27,435 nucleotides of DNA. Source: Planctomycetota bacterium. GTDB lineage: Bacteria > Planctomycetota > UBA1135. The stretch lies in contig JASFYO010000014.1 of assembly GCA_045047305.1 (NCBI GenBank), forward strand, positions 1-27,435. Direction: 5' to 3'. A program made the translations under genes and the position numbers. The notes beneath the pieces are model-generated. The model was given only the letters and a program-made list of their open reading frames with translations. It made no database searches and was not told the DNA's origin. Below, one piece after another: positions 1 to 9,154 of this stretch; the stretch's first letter is position 1, and each line of letters opens with the position of its first letter.

Positions 1-2
1 AT

Positions 3-41
3 AAAAAAGCCAGAGGCTGAGTTTGCGCTCAGCCTCTGGCT
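3..41 (-). terminator. Rho-independent terminator downstream of efp
   Basis: Perfect 14-bp inverted repeat AGCCAGAGGCTGAG (8-21) / CTCAGCCTCTGGCT (28-41) with a 6-nt loop. The A-run at 3-8 reads as a U-tract on the minus strand. It lies about 20 nt after the efp stop. Confidence 0.9.
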
Positions 42-59
42 CGACAAGACCTCGGCTTT

Positions 60-641
60 TTAGCCGAGGTCTTCTTCTTTGGCGCGCGAGAGGAAATCGC
101 CAGTTTCGGTGTTCACCTTGATGTATTCGCCGGCAGTAATGTAACCCGGAACACGCACTTCCAAACCGGTTTCGCAAACAGCGCCTTTCTTGTCAGAGGT
201 TACGGTGTCTCCTTTAGCCGACATTTCAGCTTCCTTTACGATGAGGATTACAGCCGATGGTAGGTCGATGGAAATCGCAGTGCCTTCAAAGAAGGTCAGC
301 GAAATCGATTGATTCTCGCGGACATATTTCATCGACTCTGACACCAGTTCAGCGCCAAGGAAATACTGTTCGAAGTTCTCATCGTCCATAAAAACATAAG
401 ACTCGCCTTCCATGTAGGAGAAGGTGGCTTTACGGCGGTCCAAATGAGCGCGTTCTAAAGTCTCATCCGAAGTCATGCGCATTGCTTTCTGCTGCCCCGT
501 TTGATGGTGCTTGCACTTGATCTGGTTGAAGGATCCGCCCTTTCCGGGCTTGCGGAATTCATAATCGGTGACGACCCAGAGGGAGCCATCGAGAACGAGT
601 ACATTGCCCTTGCGGACTTGGTTAGCTTTGATGGTTGGCAT
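60..641 (-). CDS. efp: Translation elongation factor P
   Basis: 193 aa with the KPGKG loop, YVFMDxENFEQ and ETGLEVRVPGYI..GEYIKVNTETG motifs typical of EF-P. Confidence 0.96.
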   Translation of the reverse strand: MPTIKANQVRKGNVLVLDGSLWVVTDYEFRKPGKGGSFNQIKCKHHQTGQQKAMRMTSDETLERAHLDRRKATFSYMEGESYVFMDDENFEQYFLGAELVSESMKYVRENQSISLTFFEGTAISIDLPSAVILIVKEAEMSAKGDTVTSDKKGAVCETGLEVRVPGYITAGEYIKVNTETGDFLSRAKEEDLG

Positions 642-665
642 GACAGCGGCTTCCGAATGGAAGAT

Positions 666-675
666 GCATATTCTA
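666..675 (-). promoter_or_regulatory. Putative sigma70-type -10 element for efp
   Basis: TAGAAT (revcomp of 670-675) in the short rpoN-efp gap. The same TAGAATATGC 10-mer occurs upstream of rpmE. Confidence 0.55.
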
Positions 676-688
676 GCAGCATCTCCAC

Positions 689-2140
689 CTAGCCATAAGA
701 CCGTCGCATCGTGCTGGATGGAATCTCCATCGCTTGGCGATACTTAGTCACGGTGCGGCGAGCCACCTTGGTTCCATCGCGTTCGCGCAGGATGCCGACA
801 ATCTCTTCGTCGGAGAGGGGGTGAGCCTTATCCTCTGCGCCGACAATTTCTTTAATTCGTTCCTGGATGGCCACGCGCGAGCGTGCACCCCCCTTGGAGG
901 TGGATTGCCCTCCCGAGAAAAAGCTTTTGAGCGCCAAAATTCCCTGTGGAGTTTGCGCATACTTACCACGAATCGCACGTGAAACAGTGCTGATATGTAC
1001 GCCCACTACGTCGGCAATTTCTTGCATTTTAAGTGGAGCCAAACGCTCTGGCCCATGGGCGAGGAAATCCCGCTGGCGATCCACCAACTCTTCCGATATG
1101 CGCGTTAAAGTCTGCCGACGTTGATTCACCGCATCTAAAAACCACCGCGCCTTTTCGATTTTCTTCATCAAGAAGGCATGCAGGCGTTTATCGCCTTTGG
1201 CTTGATCGAGAGCTTCTTGCGCGCTGCGAGTAAGGCGGACCTCTGGCATACCGTCGCGTACAAGACGAACTTCAAAACCGCCGTTTCCATCTTCGGTGAC
1301 AAGGACATCAGGATGAATGACACGATTATAGTCCGCTTCAAAATCGCCCATCGGACGCGAGTCAAAGAGGGCAAGGATTTCAATCGCATGGCGCACATCT
1401 TCCAGGCTCAAGTCTTCTGCCTTCGCGATTTGGGGAATGCGATTGGCCAACAAGTCATCAAAGTAATCCACCAGAATTTTCCGCGCGATGTAATGGTCCT
1501 CGCCGAAAGTTTCTAGAAGTTCAAGGGCATCGAGTTGAAGTAAGAAACAATGCGCTAAGTCTCTAGCGCCAATAGCGGGGTGAGCCACTTCACGAATCGC
1601 ATCTAGAGCAAGACTCAAAGCTTGGATTGGTTTATGCGTGACTTCCGCAACCTCTTCTAGGCCATCGGGGAGGAAACCGCGTGGATCGAGAAAATGGAAA
1701 ATCAATTCTGCGTTTTGAATGATCTCGGCACCTTCTTCACGCATCCGCAGTTCGGCTAATACGGAATCCTCTGTATGTACATCAGGAGCCGCGACATGTT
1801 GCACCATGTCGTAATCTTGGTCCTCGCGGCTCGCAGTGCCTCGAGAGACTGGTGCGGCCTCCAATAAGTTACCGATGCTCTCGATGTCGACAGGGTCTGG
1901 TTCGTGTTCGGCTTCACCAACTTCAGTAGAATTGTCGTTAGTTTGCTCCTCGCGTTCTTTGTCTTCTAAGTTGTCCGCACTTTCATTGGTTTCGAGAAAT
2001 GGATTATCCTCAAGCTCAGCCGCAATCCTGTCCAGCAACTCAGGAGCAGTGAGTTGCAGGATTTGCATGGCCTGAATCATCTGCGGCGACTGAGAAAGTC
2101 GCTGTTCTAGTTTCAGGTTCTGGGTATATTCCAGGCGCAT
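689..2140 (-). CDS. rpoN: RNA polymerase sigma-54 factor
   Basis: N-terminal Q/L-rich region I (SPQMIQAMQILQL...ELEDNPFLE), HTH HISTVSRA and RpoN box VARRTVTKYR. Confidence 0.97.
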   Translation of the reverse strand: MRLEYTQNLKLEQRLSQSPQMIQAMQILQLTAPELLDRIAAELEDNPFLETNESADNLEDKEREEQTNDNSTEVGEAEHEPDPVDIESIGNLLEAAPVSRGTASREDQDYDMVQHVAAPDVHTEDSVLAELRMREEGAEIIQNAELIFHFLDPRGFLPDGLEEVAEVTHKPIQALSLALDAIREVAHPAIGARDLAHCFLLQLDALELLETFGEDHYIARKILVDYFDDLLANRIPQIAKAEDLSLEDVRHAIEILALFDSRPMGDFEADYNRVIHPDVLVTEDGNGGFEVRLVRDGMPEVRLTRSAQEALDQAKGDKRLHAFLMKKIEKARWFLDAVNQRRQTLTRISEELVDRQRDFLAHGPERLAPLKMQEIADVVGVHISTVSRAIRGKYAQTPQGILALKSFFSGGQSTSKGGARSRVAIQERIKEIVGAEDKAHPLSDEEIVGILRERDGTKVARRTVTKYRQAMEIPSSTMRRSYG

Positions 2141-2145
2141 GTGTC

Positions 2146-2152
2146 TAGTTTA
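2146..2152. promoter_or_regulatory. Symmetric TANNNTA putative bidirectional -10 element (rpoN/speB)
   Basis: TAGTTT on + (2146-2151) overlaps TAAACT on - (2147-2152) in the 38-bp divergent gap. Confidence 0.5.
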
Positions 2153-2178
2153 CCTCCTAAACCTCCTCGGTTACGACT

Positions 2179-3078
2179 ATGAATAGCGTTCCTAATCCTG
2201 GCGCCTTTCTTGGCTTGGAAGCCGCCGCCTGTGGCTCCGATGCAAAAGGAGTGGTGATACCGGTCCCTTACGAGGCCACCACGACCTACAAAGCCGGCAC
2301 GGTTGGCGGCCCTGAAGCCATTTTGGACGCTAGCCGTCAGGTGGAATTTTACGATGAATGGCTGCAAGATGAGGCGCAACGCTTTGGAGTGCGCACTTTG
2401 GCGCCGGTCGTTTCCTATCAAGCCCCAAATGCTTTGGCCGATGTGCTGGAGAATCTGGTTGGCGACCAATTGGATGCCGGGCGTTTTCCCATGATTTTGG
2501 GCGGGGAACACTCCATCAGCCTCGGTCCCATTCGTGCGGCACTGAAACGTTATCCCGATTTGGTCATCCTTCACCTTGATGCGCATTTAGATTTACGCGA
2601 TTCTTATGCTGGTACTCAATACGGCCATGGCTGCGTGATGCGGCGTGTGCATGAATTGGGAGCCAAGATTCATGCTTTTGGGATTCGCGCCATTTCTCCG
2701 GAGGAACGCGATTTCTACCCCACTCAAAATACTGCAACCTGCGTCACCGCACGGGAACTTTTGCCATTAGCACCCATGGATCGCGTCCGCCTCGTCTTGC
2801 AGGACCTTCCAGAAGGCCCGATTTGGCTGTCCTGGGATATCGACGGCCTAGATCCGTCGATTGTTCCATGCACCGGGACCCCAGAACCAGGTGGGTTGGA
2901 CTGGTTTACGGTGTCAGAAATTCTGTTGCGCTTGGATGCCGACCACCGCGTCTTGGTCGGGGCGGAGTTGGTGGAGCTGTCTCCGCAAAGCAATCAACAT
3001 GCCAGCGATTTCGCCTGTGCTCGTCTGGCACACCGCATGTTGCTTGCGGGGCTTCGGTCTTTAGAGCGAAGGGCGTAG
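2179..3078 (+). CDS. speB: Agmatinase (ureohydrolase family)
   Basis: Motifs GGEHS, DAHLD, HG, WDIDGLDPS and GTPEPGGL, plus N-terminal PYEATTTY..GT..GP. Confidence 0.9.
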   Translation: MNSVPNPGAFLGLEAAACGSDAKGVVIPVPYEATTTYKAGTVGGPEAILDASRQVEFYDEWLQDEAQRFGVRTLAPVVSYQAPNALADVLENLVGDQLDAGRFPMILGGEHSISLGPIRAALKRYPDLVILHLDAHLDLRDSYAGTQYGHGCVMRRVHELGAKIHAFGIRAISPEERDFYPTQNTATCVTARELLPLAPMDRVRLVLQDLPEGPIWLSWDIDGLDPSIVPCTGTPEPGGLDWFTVSEILLRLDADHRVLVGAELVELSPQSNQHASDFACARLAHRMLLAGLRSLERRA

Positions 3079-3081
3079 AAT
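3076..3081 (+). promoter_or_regulatory. Putative -10 element, leaderless-type spacing
   Basis: TAGAAT overlaps the speB stop and lies 6 nt before the ATG at 3088. Confidence 0.5.
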
Positions 3082-3087
3082 CTAGTT

Positions 3088-4440
3088 ATGGATATCCTCC
3101 TGGTAGAGGACGAACGCACGCTTGCCGTGCCCTTGGCCGACGCAATGACCAGAGCTGGACATCGTGTGGTGACTTTGCATGATGGAGCCTCTGCTTTGTC
3201 TTGGCTGGAAGAACACCGCTGTGATTTAGTGGTCACCGATGTCCGTTTGCCAGGCGCTGATGGTATCGCGGTTCAAAAGCGCGCGCGGCAACAAGACCCA
3301 CCGTGCGAGGTTCTGGTTATGACTGGTTACGCTTCGGTGGACCAGGCTGTGGAGGCTATGCGCGCAGGTGCGGTGAGCTATTTGCAGAAGCCGTTCCCTA
3401 TGGATGCCTTATTGAGCCAGGTGCAGCGCGTCTCCAGGACGCGCGCCTTGCAAGCAGAAGTAAGGCGTTTGCGTGAAAAATCTGGAGAAGATGCTTCGCG
3501 TTTAACGGGTGGGAGTGTCGCGATTGAAAACATGAACCAGCGCATTCAAAAGGTGGCTCCTGAAGAAGTCACCGTTTTGATTGTGGGGGAAAGTGGAACT
3601 GGCAAGGAACGTGTGGCTCGTGCATTACACGCGCTTGGTACGGGGGCCGAGCAACCATTTGTGCCAGTGTCTTGCTCCGCGATCCCTGCTGGCCTCATGG
3701 AAGGGGAGTTGTTCGGTTTCCGCAAGGGTTCCTTCACCGGTGCCGATGAAGACCGCACGGGCTTATTGGCTGAGGCTGGCACTGGAACCTTGTTTTTGGA
3801 TGATGTCGATGACGTCCCCCTCGAGGCCCAGGCAAAGTTGTTACGCGTTTTACAAGAACGCGAGTTCACCCAACTTGGAAGCCAATCTCCGCAGCCATTC
3901 ACTGCCCGCGTTTTGGCCGCAAGTAAGGTCCCATTGCAAGACGAGGTTGCGGCCGGACGTTTCCGCGAGGACCTGTTTTTTCGTTTAAATGTAGTTCCAT
4001 TGCATTTGCCACCCTTGCGCGAACGCAGTGAGGATATTGCGCCATTGCTTGGCGAACTGCTCGCGCGGTGGGATCCAGAACGACGTCACCGTGTCAGTCC
4101 CGATGCACTGCGCAAGCTCGTGCGGCACCCTTGGCGCGGAAATGTACGCGAATTGGAGAATGCTCTGCGCCGCGCTTTGGCTTTAGCCGGACGTGCCCGG
4201 ATTTTGCGTTATGAGCATTTCATTCCTGGTGGCGGCATGTCAGAACCGAGCAGCAATGGTGAGATGATTGGATTAAGGGAAACCGTGGCGAATGCGGAGA
4301 AGAAAGTGATTCGTGAGGCTTTAGTCGCCACCGAGGGCAAAAAAATCCGTGCAGCTGAGATTCTTGGGATCTCACGCAAAGTGCTTTGGCAGAAAATGAA
4401 GGAGCTTGGTCTGGAAGAAGATCGGGGTTCTGTTTCATGA
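3088..4440 (+). CDS. Sigma54-dependent response regulator (NtrC/AtoC family: REC-AAA+-Fis HTH)
   Basis: REC (LLVEDE, VVTDVRLPG, KPF), Walker A GESGTGKE, GSFTGA loop, QAKLLRVLQE, FREDLFFRLNV, WRGNVREL and C-terminal AAEILGISRKVLW HTH. Confidence 0.95.
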   Translation: MDILLVEDERTLAVPLADAMTRAGHRVVTLHDGASALSWLEEHRCDLVVTDVRLPGADGIAVQKRARQQDPPCEVLVMTGYASVDQAVEAMRAGAVSYLQKPFPMDALLSQVQRVSRTRALQAEVRRLREKSGEDASRLTGGSVAIENMNQRIQKVAPEEVTVLIVGESGTGKERVARALHALGTGAEQPFVPVSCSAIPAGLMEGELFGFRKGSFTGADEDRTGLLAEAGTGTLFLDDVDDVPLEAQAKLLRVLQEREFTQLGSQSPQPFTARVLAASKVPLQDEVAAGRFREDLFFRLNVVPLHLPPLRERSEDIAPLLGELLARWDPERRHRVSPDALRKLVRHPWRGNVRELENALRRALALAGRARILRYEHFIPGGGMSEPSSNGEMIGLRETVANAEKKVIREALVATEGKKIRAAEILGISRKVLWQKMKELGLEEDRGSVS

Positions 4441-5195
4441 ATACTCCACTGGCGCCATATTTGGCAGGGGAGCCGCCTTTGCTCCTCGACGCCAAACGGA
4501 TTGCGGTCTTTACTGACTTGCACCTTGAGCCCAGTGCTTATGAAGAAATTTATGCATTTGCCACCTCCTTGATCCCGCTGGTTGGTCGTTGCGATGCCCT
4601 GGTCATCCTCGGCGACCTGTTCGAAAGCTATCTTGGCCGTGAAAGCATTGTCCACCCGACTTTCGCCCCTCTGCATCAAGCTTTCGAGGCTCTGCGTCGC
4701 TCCGGCTGTGATATTTACCTGCTCCGCGGCAATCGCGATGTCCTGCTCAATCGCTCCGACGGCCACCACATCGGGTTTACCGTGGCAGATTCCCTTCTCT
4801 GCACCACCGTCCCGGGGAAACTCCTCCTCACTCATGGCGACGCTTTCTGCTTAGGAGACCTTCCTTACCAACGCTTGCGCCGCATGCTCCGCCGCACTGG
4901 TATGCGGCCATTTCTGCGTGCATTGCCGCTTTTTGTGCGCAGGCGGCTGTCAAAACGTCTTCGCAACTACAGCGTGCAGGAAGTTGCCCGAAAGCCGCTG
5001 GACTCGATGATGCTCACCTTGCCCAAAGTTGACGAGGTCATGGCCCAAGAGGGAGTTCAGCATGCTTGGATCGGCCATTTGCACGCAGCAGCAACCCATG
5101 AATTAGGTCAAAATCGTGTACTAGAAGTCTTACCCGCCTGGGAGCCTGGAACTGCTCCACGATGGGTGGCAGAAAAGCTTGACGTCGGCAGTTAA
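4437..5195 (+). CDS. lpxH: UDP-2,3-diacylglucosamine diphosphatase-like metallophosphoesterase
   Basis: Motifs TDLHL, LGDLFE, GNRD, THGD, YQRLR and GHLH. The ATG at 4437 overlaps the upstream stop (ATGA) and is preferred over the TTG at 4386. Confidence 0.8.
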   Translation: MNTPLAPYLAGEPPLLLDAKRIAVFTDLHLEPSAYEEIYAFATSLIPLVGRCDALVILGDLFESYLGRESIVHPTFAPLHQAFEALRRSGCDIYLLRGNRDVLLNRSDGHHIGFTVADSLLCTTVPGKLLLTHGDAFCLGDLPYQRLRRMLRRTGMRPFLRALPLFVRRRLSKRLRNYSVQEVARKPLDSMMLTLPKVDEVMAQEGVQHAWIGHLHAAATHELGQNRVLEVLPAWEPGTAPRWVAEKLDVGS

Positions 5196-5217
5196 TCGGT
5201 TAGAATTTCTCGGCTTC

Positions 5218-5910
5218 ATGGGCAAAGAACCGCATTTTCCGAGTGGACTGGTGATTACTGTTGACGGTAATTCAGGTTCGGGGAAAAGCACTTTGGCTAA
5301 GGAGTTGGCATTGGCACTCAATTGGTCCTTTTTGGATTCGGGTGCTTGGTACCGCGCCCTGACATGGGCAACGCTCCGCGCTGAAGCAGACACTTCGAAA
5401 GAAGCTTCGGTATTAGCCACGCTCTCTGAAATCGAGATTCATTGTGATTCCCAAGGCCAAATCTACATCGATGGCGAAGCCTGCAAGGATTGTTTGCGCA
5501 CCCCCGAGATCGATAAGCATGTTTCTCATGTTGCCGATCACCTCGCAGTTCGATCTGCCTTGAACCTGCGTATGCGTGCTATGGCCTGCTCCTCACATGC
5601 AGAGGGCTTGGTCGCAGATGGCCGCGATGCAGGAACCATCATCTTTCCCGACGCCGCCTTGAAAGTCTTTGTGCAAGCTGGACTGAAAGTGCGCGCGGAA
5701 AGGCGTTTCCTGCAAATGCAGGCGAACGGAATTGCAATCACACTTCCCGAAGTACAGGCAGCGCTCGCAGCACGCGATGCGCATGATGCACTTCGGGGAG
5801 ACGCTGCTCCGCACCCAACCGTGCAGAGTCGCATTCTCGACAATGACAACAAATCGCTCGAGGAGGCCGTCGGATGCCTTCTTGCCTGGGCATTGCAACT
5901 ACAAGAATAG
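5218..5910 (+). CDS. cmk: Cytidylate kinase
   Basis: ITVDGNSGSGKST P-loop, LDSGAWYRA and DGRDAGTIIFPDA, immediately upstream of rpsA. The ATG at 5218 follows TAGAAT at 5201-5206; the ORF is open from 5179. Confidence 0.93.
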   Translation: MGKEPHFPSGLVITVDGNSGSGKSTLAKELALALNWSFLDSGAWYRALTWATLRAEADTSKEASVLATLSEIEIHCDSQGQIYIDGEACKDCLRTPEIDKHVSHVADHLAVRSALNLRMRAMACSSHAEGLVADGRDAGTIIFPDAALKVFVQAGLKVRAERRFLQMQANGIAITLPEVQAALAARDAHDALRGDAAPHPTVQSRILDNDNKSLEEAVGCLLAWALQLQE

Positions 5911-5969
5911 TCGCACCCAGGTGGCTTTCGCCTGAGCTCACTTTTCCGGCACACCCGTAACTTAACATC

Positions 5970-7910
5970 ATGGTCTCCAAAGACCTCATCCGGCGTTTCG
6001 ATCTTCAAGATGATGAACTCGATAGCCAAATTGCCAATATCCTTGGCGATACCGAATCCACTGCATTTGCTGATCTCATCGACCCGAACGCAGGTTCGGT
6101 TGACCGCGATCAAATCGTTCCAGCCCGCGTGCTCAAGATTGACGACGAGAACGGTTTCGTTCTAGTTGACATCGGCGGCAAAGCCGAAGCTCCTATCGCC
6201 ATCGCTGAGTTTGACGGCGAGCTTCCTGAAGTTGGATCTGAAATCGAAGTGTTCTACCGTGGCGACGATCGCCACACTAGCGTTCCAGTAGTTTCCAAGC
6301 GGGAAGCTGACCGTGAGCGCGCATGGGCAAAGATCGTTGGCGTCTACGAGCCAGGCGACATCATCGAAGGTCTCAGCACCAAGATGATCAAAGGTGGCCT
6401 TTTGGTCGCTGTCGACGGCGTGGAAGTATTCATGCCAGCCTCGCAGATCGACATCCGTCGCGTCAGCAACCCTACCGATTTCATCGGTATCACCATTCGC
6501 GCGAAAGTCGTCAAAATCGACGAAGAGCGGCGTAATATCGTCATCTCCCGTCGTCAGCTTCTGGAAGAAGAGCGGATGGAGAAGCGCAGTGCATTGCTCG
6601 AGGAAATCGAGGAAGGCCAGGTACGCAAAGGCGAAGTCAAGAACATCGCAGACTTTGGTGCATTCGTGGACCTCGGCGGCATGGACGGTTTGCTCCACGT
6701 CACCGATATGTCTTACGGTCGCATCAAGCACCCACGCGAAATGGTTCGCATTGGCGATCAGCTGGATGTCTTCATCCTTTCGATCGACCGCGAGCGCAAC
6801 CGCGTGGCTCTGTCGCTGAAGGCTTTGACCAAGGATCCTTGGGAAGGCCTCGATACTCGTTTCCCTGTGGGAACCACCCACACCGGCCGTATTGCCAACA
6901 TCGTGCCTTACGGTTTGTTTGTTGAGCTTGAGCCTGGAGTGGAAGGTTTGGTGCACGTCACTGAACTTTCTTGGACTCAGAAGAGCCCGAACCCAGAAGG
7001 TGAATTCGAGAAAGGCGACGAGATTCAAATCTTTGTCAAGGCCATCGACTTCGAGAAGAAGGAGATGTCCCTGTCGGTACGCGAAGTCGAAGGAAACCCT
7101 TGGGACCGTATCGCCGAGCACTATGCTCCAGGTACTGTGATCGAGGCAACCGTCAAGAACTTGGCTTCCTACGGTGCATTCGTCGAGATCGAAGAAGGCA
7201 TCGATGGTTTGTTGCACAACTCGGACTTCCACTGGACCCGCAAGGTTCAGCATCCGTCCGAAGTGGCACACAAGGGCGATCGCATTCAATGCGTAGTTCT
7301 TGCAGTCGATCGGGAGAAGCAACGCATCTCCTTGGGTCAAAAGCAACTCACCAAGAACCCTTGGGAAGATTACATCCCTTCCAACTACCACGTGGGCGAC
7401 ATGCTCTCCGGTACCGTCAGCAAGCACATCTCTGCGGGCTGCTTCGTGAAACTCGAAGAGGACCTGGAAGCATTCATGCACTACAGCACCCTTCCACAAG
7501 AGTGGCAAGAGTCTCCTGAGAAGAACTGCCTTCCTGGCATGAAGCTCGAGGTGCGTGTGATTCGCGTCGACTGTGGTGAAGAGCGCATTGGTCTCAGCTA
7601 CATTCACTCTGAGTTCGAAGAGAACGCCGAAGTGAAGAAGAACTGGGAAGAAGCGCAAGCTGCGAAGGCAGCTAAGAAGGCTGCTCGGGCTGCTGCTAAG
7701 GCAGCCGCTGCAGAGGGCGAAGCTGCGGAAGAGGCTCCAGCAGAGGAAGACTCTGCAGATGGAGCTGACATCAAAGTGGAGCCAGCCGCTGTTGTTTCAC
7801 CAGCACCAGTTGAGGTTCCTGCAGAGGTTCCTGTGGAAGCAGCTGCCGGAGAGGCACCGGCTGCAGAAGCAGAAACTTCGGAAGAGCCAAAGGAAACCGC
7901 CGGCGAGTAG
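5970..7910 (+). CDS. rpsA: 30S ribosomal protein S1 with long acidic Ala/Glu/Pro C-terminal tail
   Basis: Repeated S1 domains ([58 protein letters not shown]) and conserved cmk-rpsA order. Confidence 0.96.
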   Translation: MVSKDLIRRFDLQDDELDSQIANILGDTESTAFADLIDPNAGSVDRDQIVPARVLKIDDENGFVLVDIGGKAEAPIAIAEFDGELPEVGSEIEVFYRGDDRHTSVPVVSKREADRERAWAKIVGVYEPGDIIEGLSTKMIKGGLLVAVDGVEVFMPASQIDIRRVSNPTDFIGITIRAKVVKIDEERRNIVISRRQLLEEERMEKRSALLEEIEEGQVRKGEVKNIADFGAFVDLGGMDGLLHVTDMSYGRIKHPREMVRIGDQLDVFILSIDRERNRVALSLKALTKDPWEGLDTRFPVGTTHTGRIANIVPYGLFVELEPGVEGLVHVTELSWTQKSPNPEGEFEKGDEIQIFVKAIDFEKKEMSLSVREVEGNPWDRIAEHYAPGTVIEATVKNLASYGAFVEIEEGIDGLLHNSDFHWTRKVQHPSEVAHKGDRIQCVVLAVDREKQRISLGQKQLTKNPWEDYIPSNYHVGDMLSGTVSKHISAGCFVKLEEDLEAFMHYSTLPQEWQESPEKNCLPGMKLEVRVIRVDCGEERIGLSYIHSEFEENAEVKKNWEEAQAAKAAKKAARAAAKAAAAEGEAAEEAPAEEDSADGADIKVEPAAVVSPAPVEVPAEVPVEAAAGEAPAAEAETSEEPKETAGE

Positions 7911-7925
7911 TCGGATAGGCGATCT

Positions 7926-9143
7926 ATGCGCCAAATCTTCAAGACCGTTCCCGCACTCAGTTGTGGGGGCGGTCTGTCCCTTTTATGCCTATTGCCTTTG
8001 GTTGTGGGCTGTACCTCTGCCACAGTCGAGGCGGTGGATGAATTGCCAGTTGCTCCACCTGCAGAAGTCATTCACGACGATGTCGCGGCAGTTCCTATCA
8101 GCGAAGACCTGGCTTTTCTTGCTGACAGCCTCGCTGGGGAAGAAGAAAACCAAAGTGGTAAGGAAGTGGTTCCAGATTCGGAAAGGAGCCAAGGCCTGGA
8201 AGCCGCAAATTCAATAGTTTTTTCGGGCGACCCCTTTGCCGATCCGGGCGCGCGAGTTCTAGCGGCGGAAGATAGTCATGGGCATGTCATTACCCAAGAA
8301 CAACTCTGGTCTGGAAGCAAGCCTGAGAGTCAACTTCTTGAACTAGAAGCGGCACCTGAAATCGGTTATGACGATGCTGTCTTAGAGCAGGCTGCTGAGC
8401 TCGGAATTGCGCAGTTGCGTGCGCGCTATTTAACCGATGTGCTAGAAAATGATGCCCTGGTCATGGTGCCTGAAGGCATTCGTACTTTTGGTGAAGTCCT
8501 GCCGGTTAGGTTCCGGTTGAGAAACCCATTAGGTGATTCCGTCGAACTCATTCCATCACCCAGTGGCTATATCCTGGAGTTGGATTGGACTGTAGAGCGG
8601 TGGTTGGCTATTGGCAGTCATGATCGGGTGCAACGGCACCGTTTCTTTCGAATTGGGCAGGAGATTTCCTTGCGCCCTGATCAAGAATTTATGGAATACA
8701 CGGAGTTGCCGTTGAAGGTTCCTGGAAACCAGGGATCGGTGTGGCTAGTCGAGGTCGATGCACGCCTGCGGTTTAATGGAGCCGCCTTCGAAGATCGTCT
8801 TTTGCCCCTTCATGAAATTAATTTTCAAGCAGCCCGCTTCCTTGTGCTCCCGCCTGGCTGGGAGTCCTTGCAGGATGCACCTATGGTGAATCTAAAGCGG
8901 GTACTGCTGATGTCTTCTGAAGAGGTTGATCGGCATGTGTTGGTATGTGTGGCGTTGCTAAAGGGAAGGGATCGACAAGATGCGGTGCAGTTACTTTTGG
9001 ATAGCTTGCGCCTAGCCCCAACTCCTGGTCGTGTCCTCACCATCACCCAAGCGCTGCAGTGGCTAACTGGAGAGCACATAGGAAGTCTCCCAGGGGACTG
9101 GCGCAGGTGGGACGACAGACGCAAAATGGCTGCTAACCGTTAA
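7926..9143 (+). CDS. Hypothetical lipoprotein
   Basis: 405-aa ORF filling the rpsA-tyrS gap. Hydrophobic N-terminus ending in the lipobox-like VVGC, then an acidic linker and a C-terminal helical ALQWLTG...WRRW motif. Confidence 0.75.
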   Translation: MRQIFKTVPALSCGGGLSLLCLLPLVVGCTSATVEAVDELPVAPPAEVIHDDVAAVPISEDLAFLADSLAGEEENQSGKEVVPDSERSQGLEAANSIVFSGDPFADPGARVLAAEDSHGHVITQEQLWSGSKPESQLLELEAAPEIGYDDAVLEQAAELGIAQLRARYLTDVLENDALVMVPEGIRTFGEVLPVRFRLRNPLGDSVELIPSPSGYILELDWTVERWLAIGSHDRVQRHRFFRIGQEISLRPDQEFMEYTELPLKVPGNQGSVWLVEVDARLRFNGAAFEDRLLPLHEINFQAARFLVLPPGWESLQDAPMVNLKRVLLMSSEEVDRHVLVCVALLKGRDRQDAVQLLLDSLRLAPTPGRVLTITQALQWLTGEHIGSLPGDWRRWDDRRKMAANR

Positions 9144-9154
9144 GCGGAACCACC

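Noticed and set aside
636..650. TGGCATGACAGCGGC as a sigma54 -24/-12 promoter
   Set aside because: It has GG-N10-GC spacing but lacks the TTGC -12 element and points antisense into rpoN. I found no convincing sigma54 promoter in the intergenic regions.
5918..5934. Small hairpin between cmk and rpsA as a terminator or S1 leader
   Set aside because: Only 6 bp including a G-U pair, with no adjacent U-tract; insufficient support
4209..6113. Antisense ORFs of 190-210 aa (4209-4835, 5538-6113) and other short overlapping ORFs in the track
   Set aside because: They overlap well-supported genes and show no family motifs
6162..7658. 498-aa antisense ORF inside rpsA
   Set aside because: Shadow ORF expected from the strong codon bias of a highly expressed gene; no recognisable motifs
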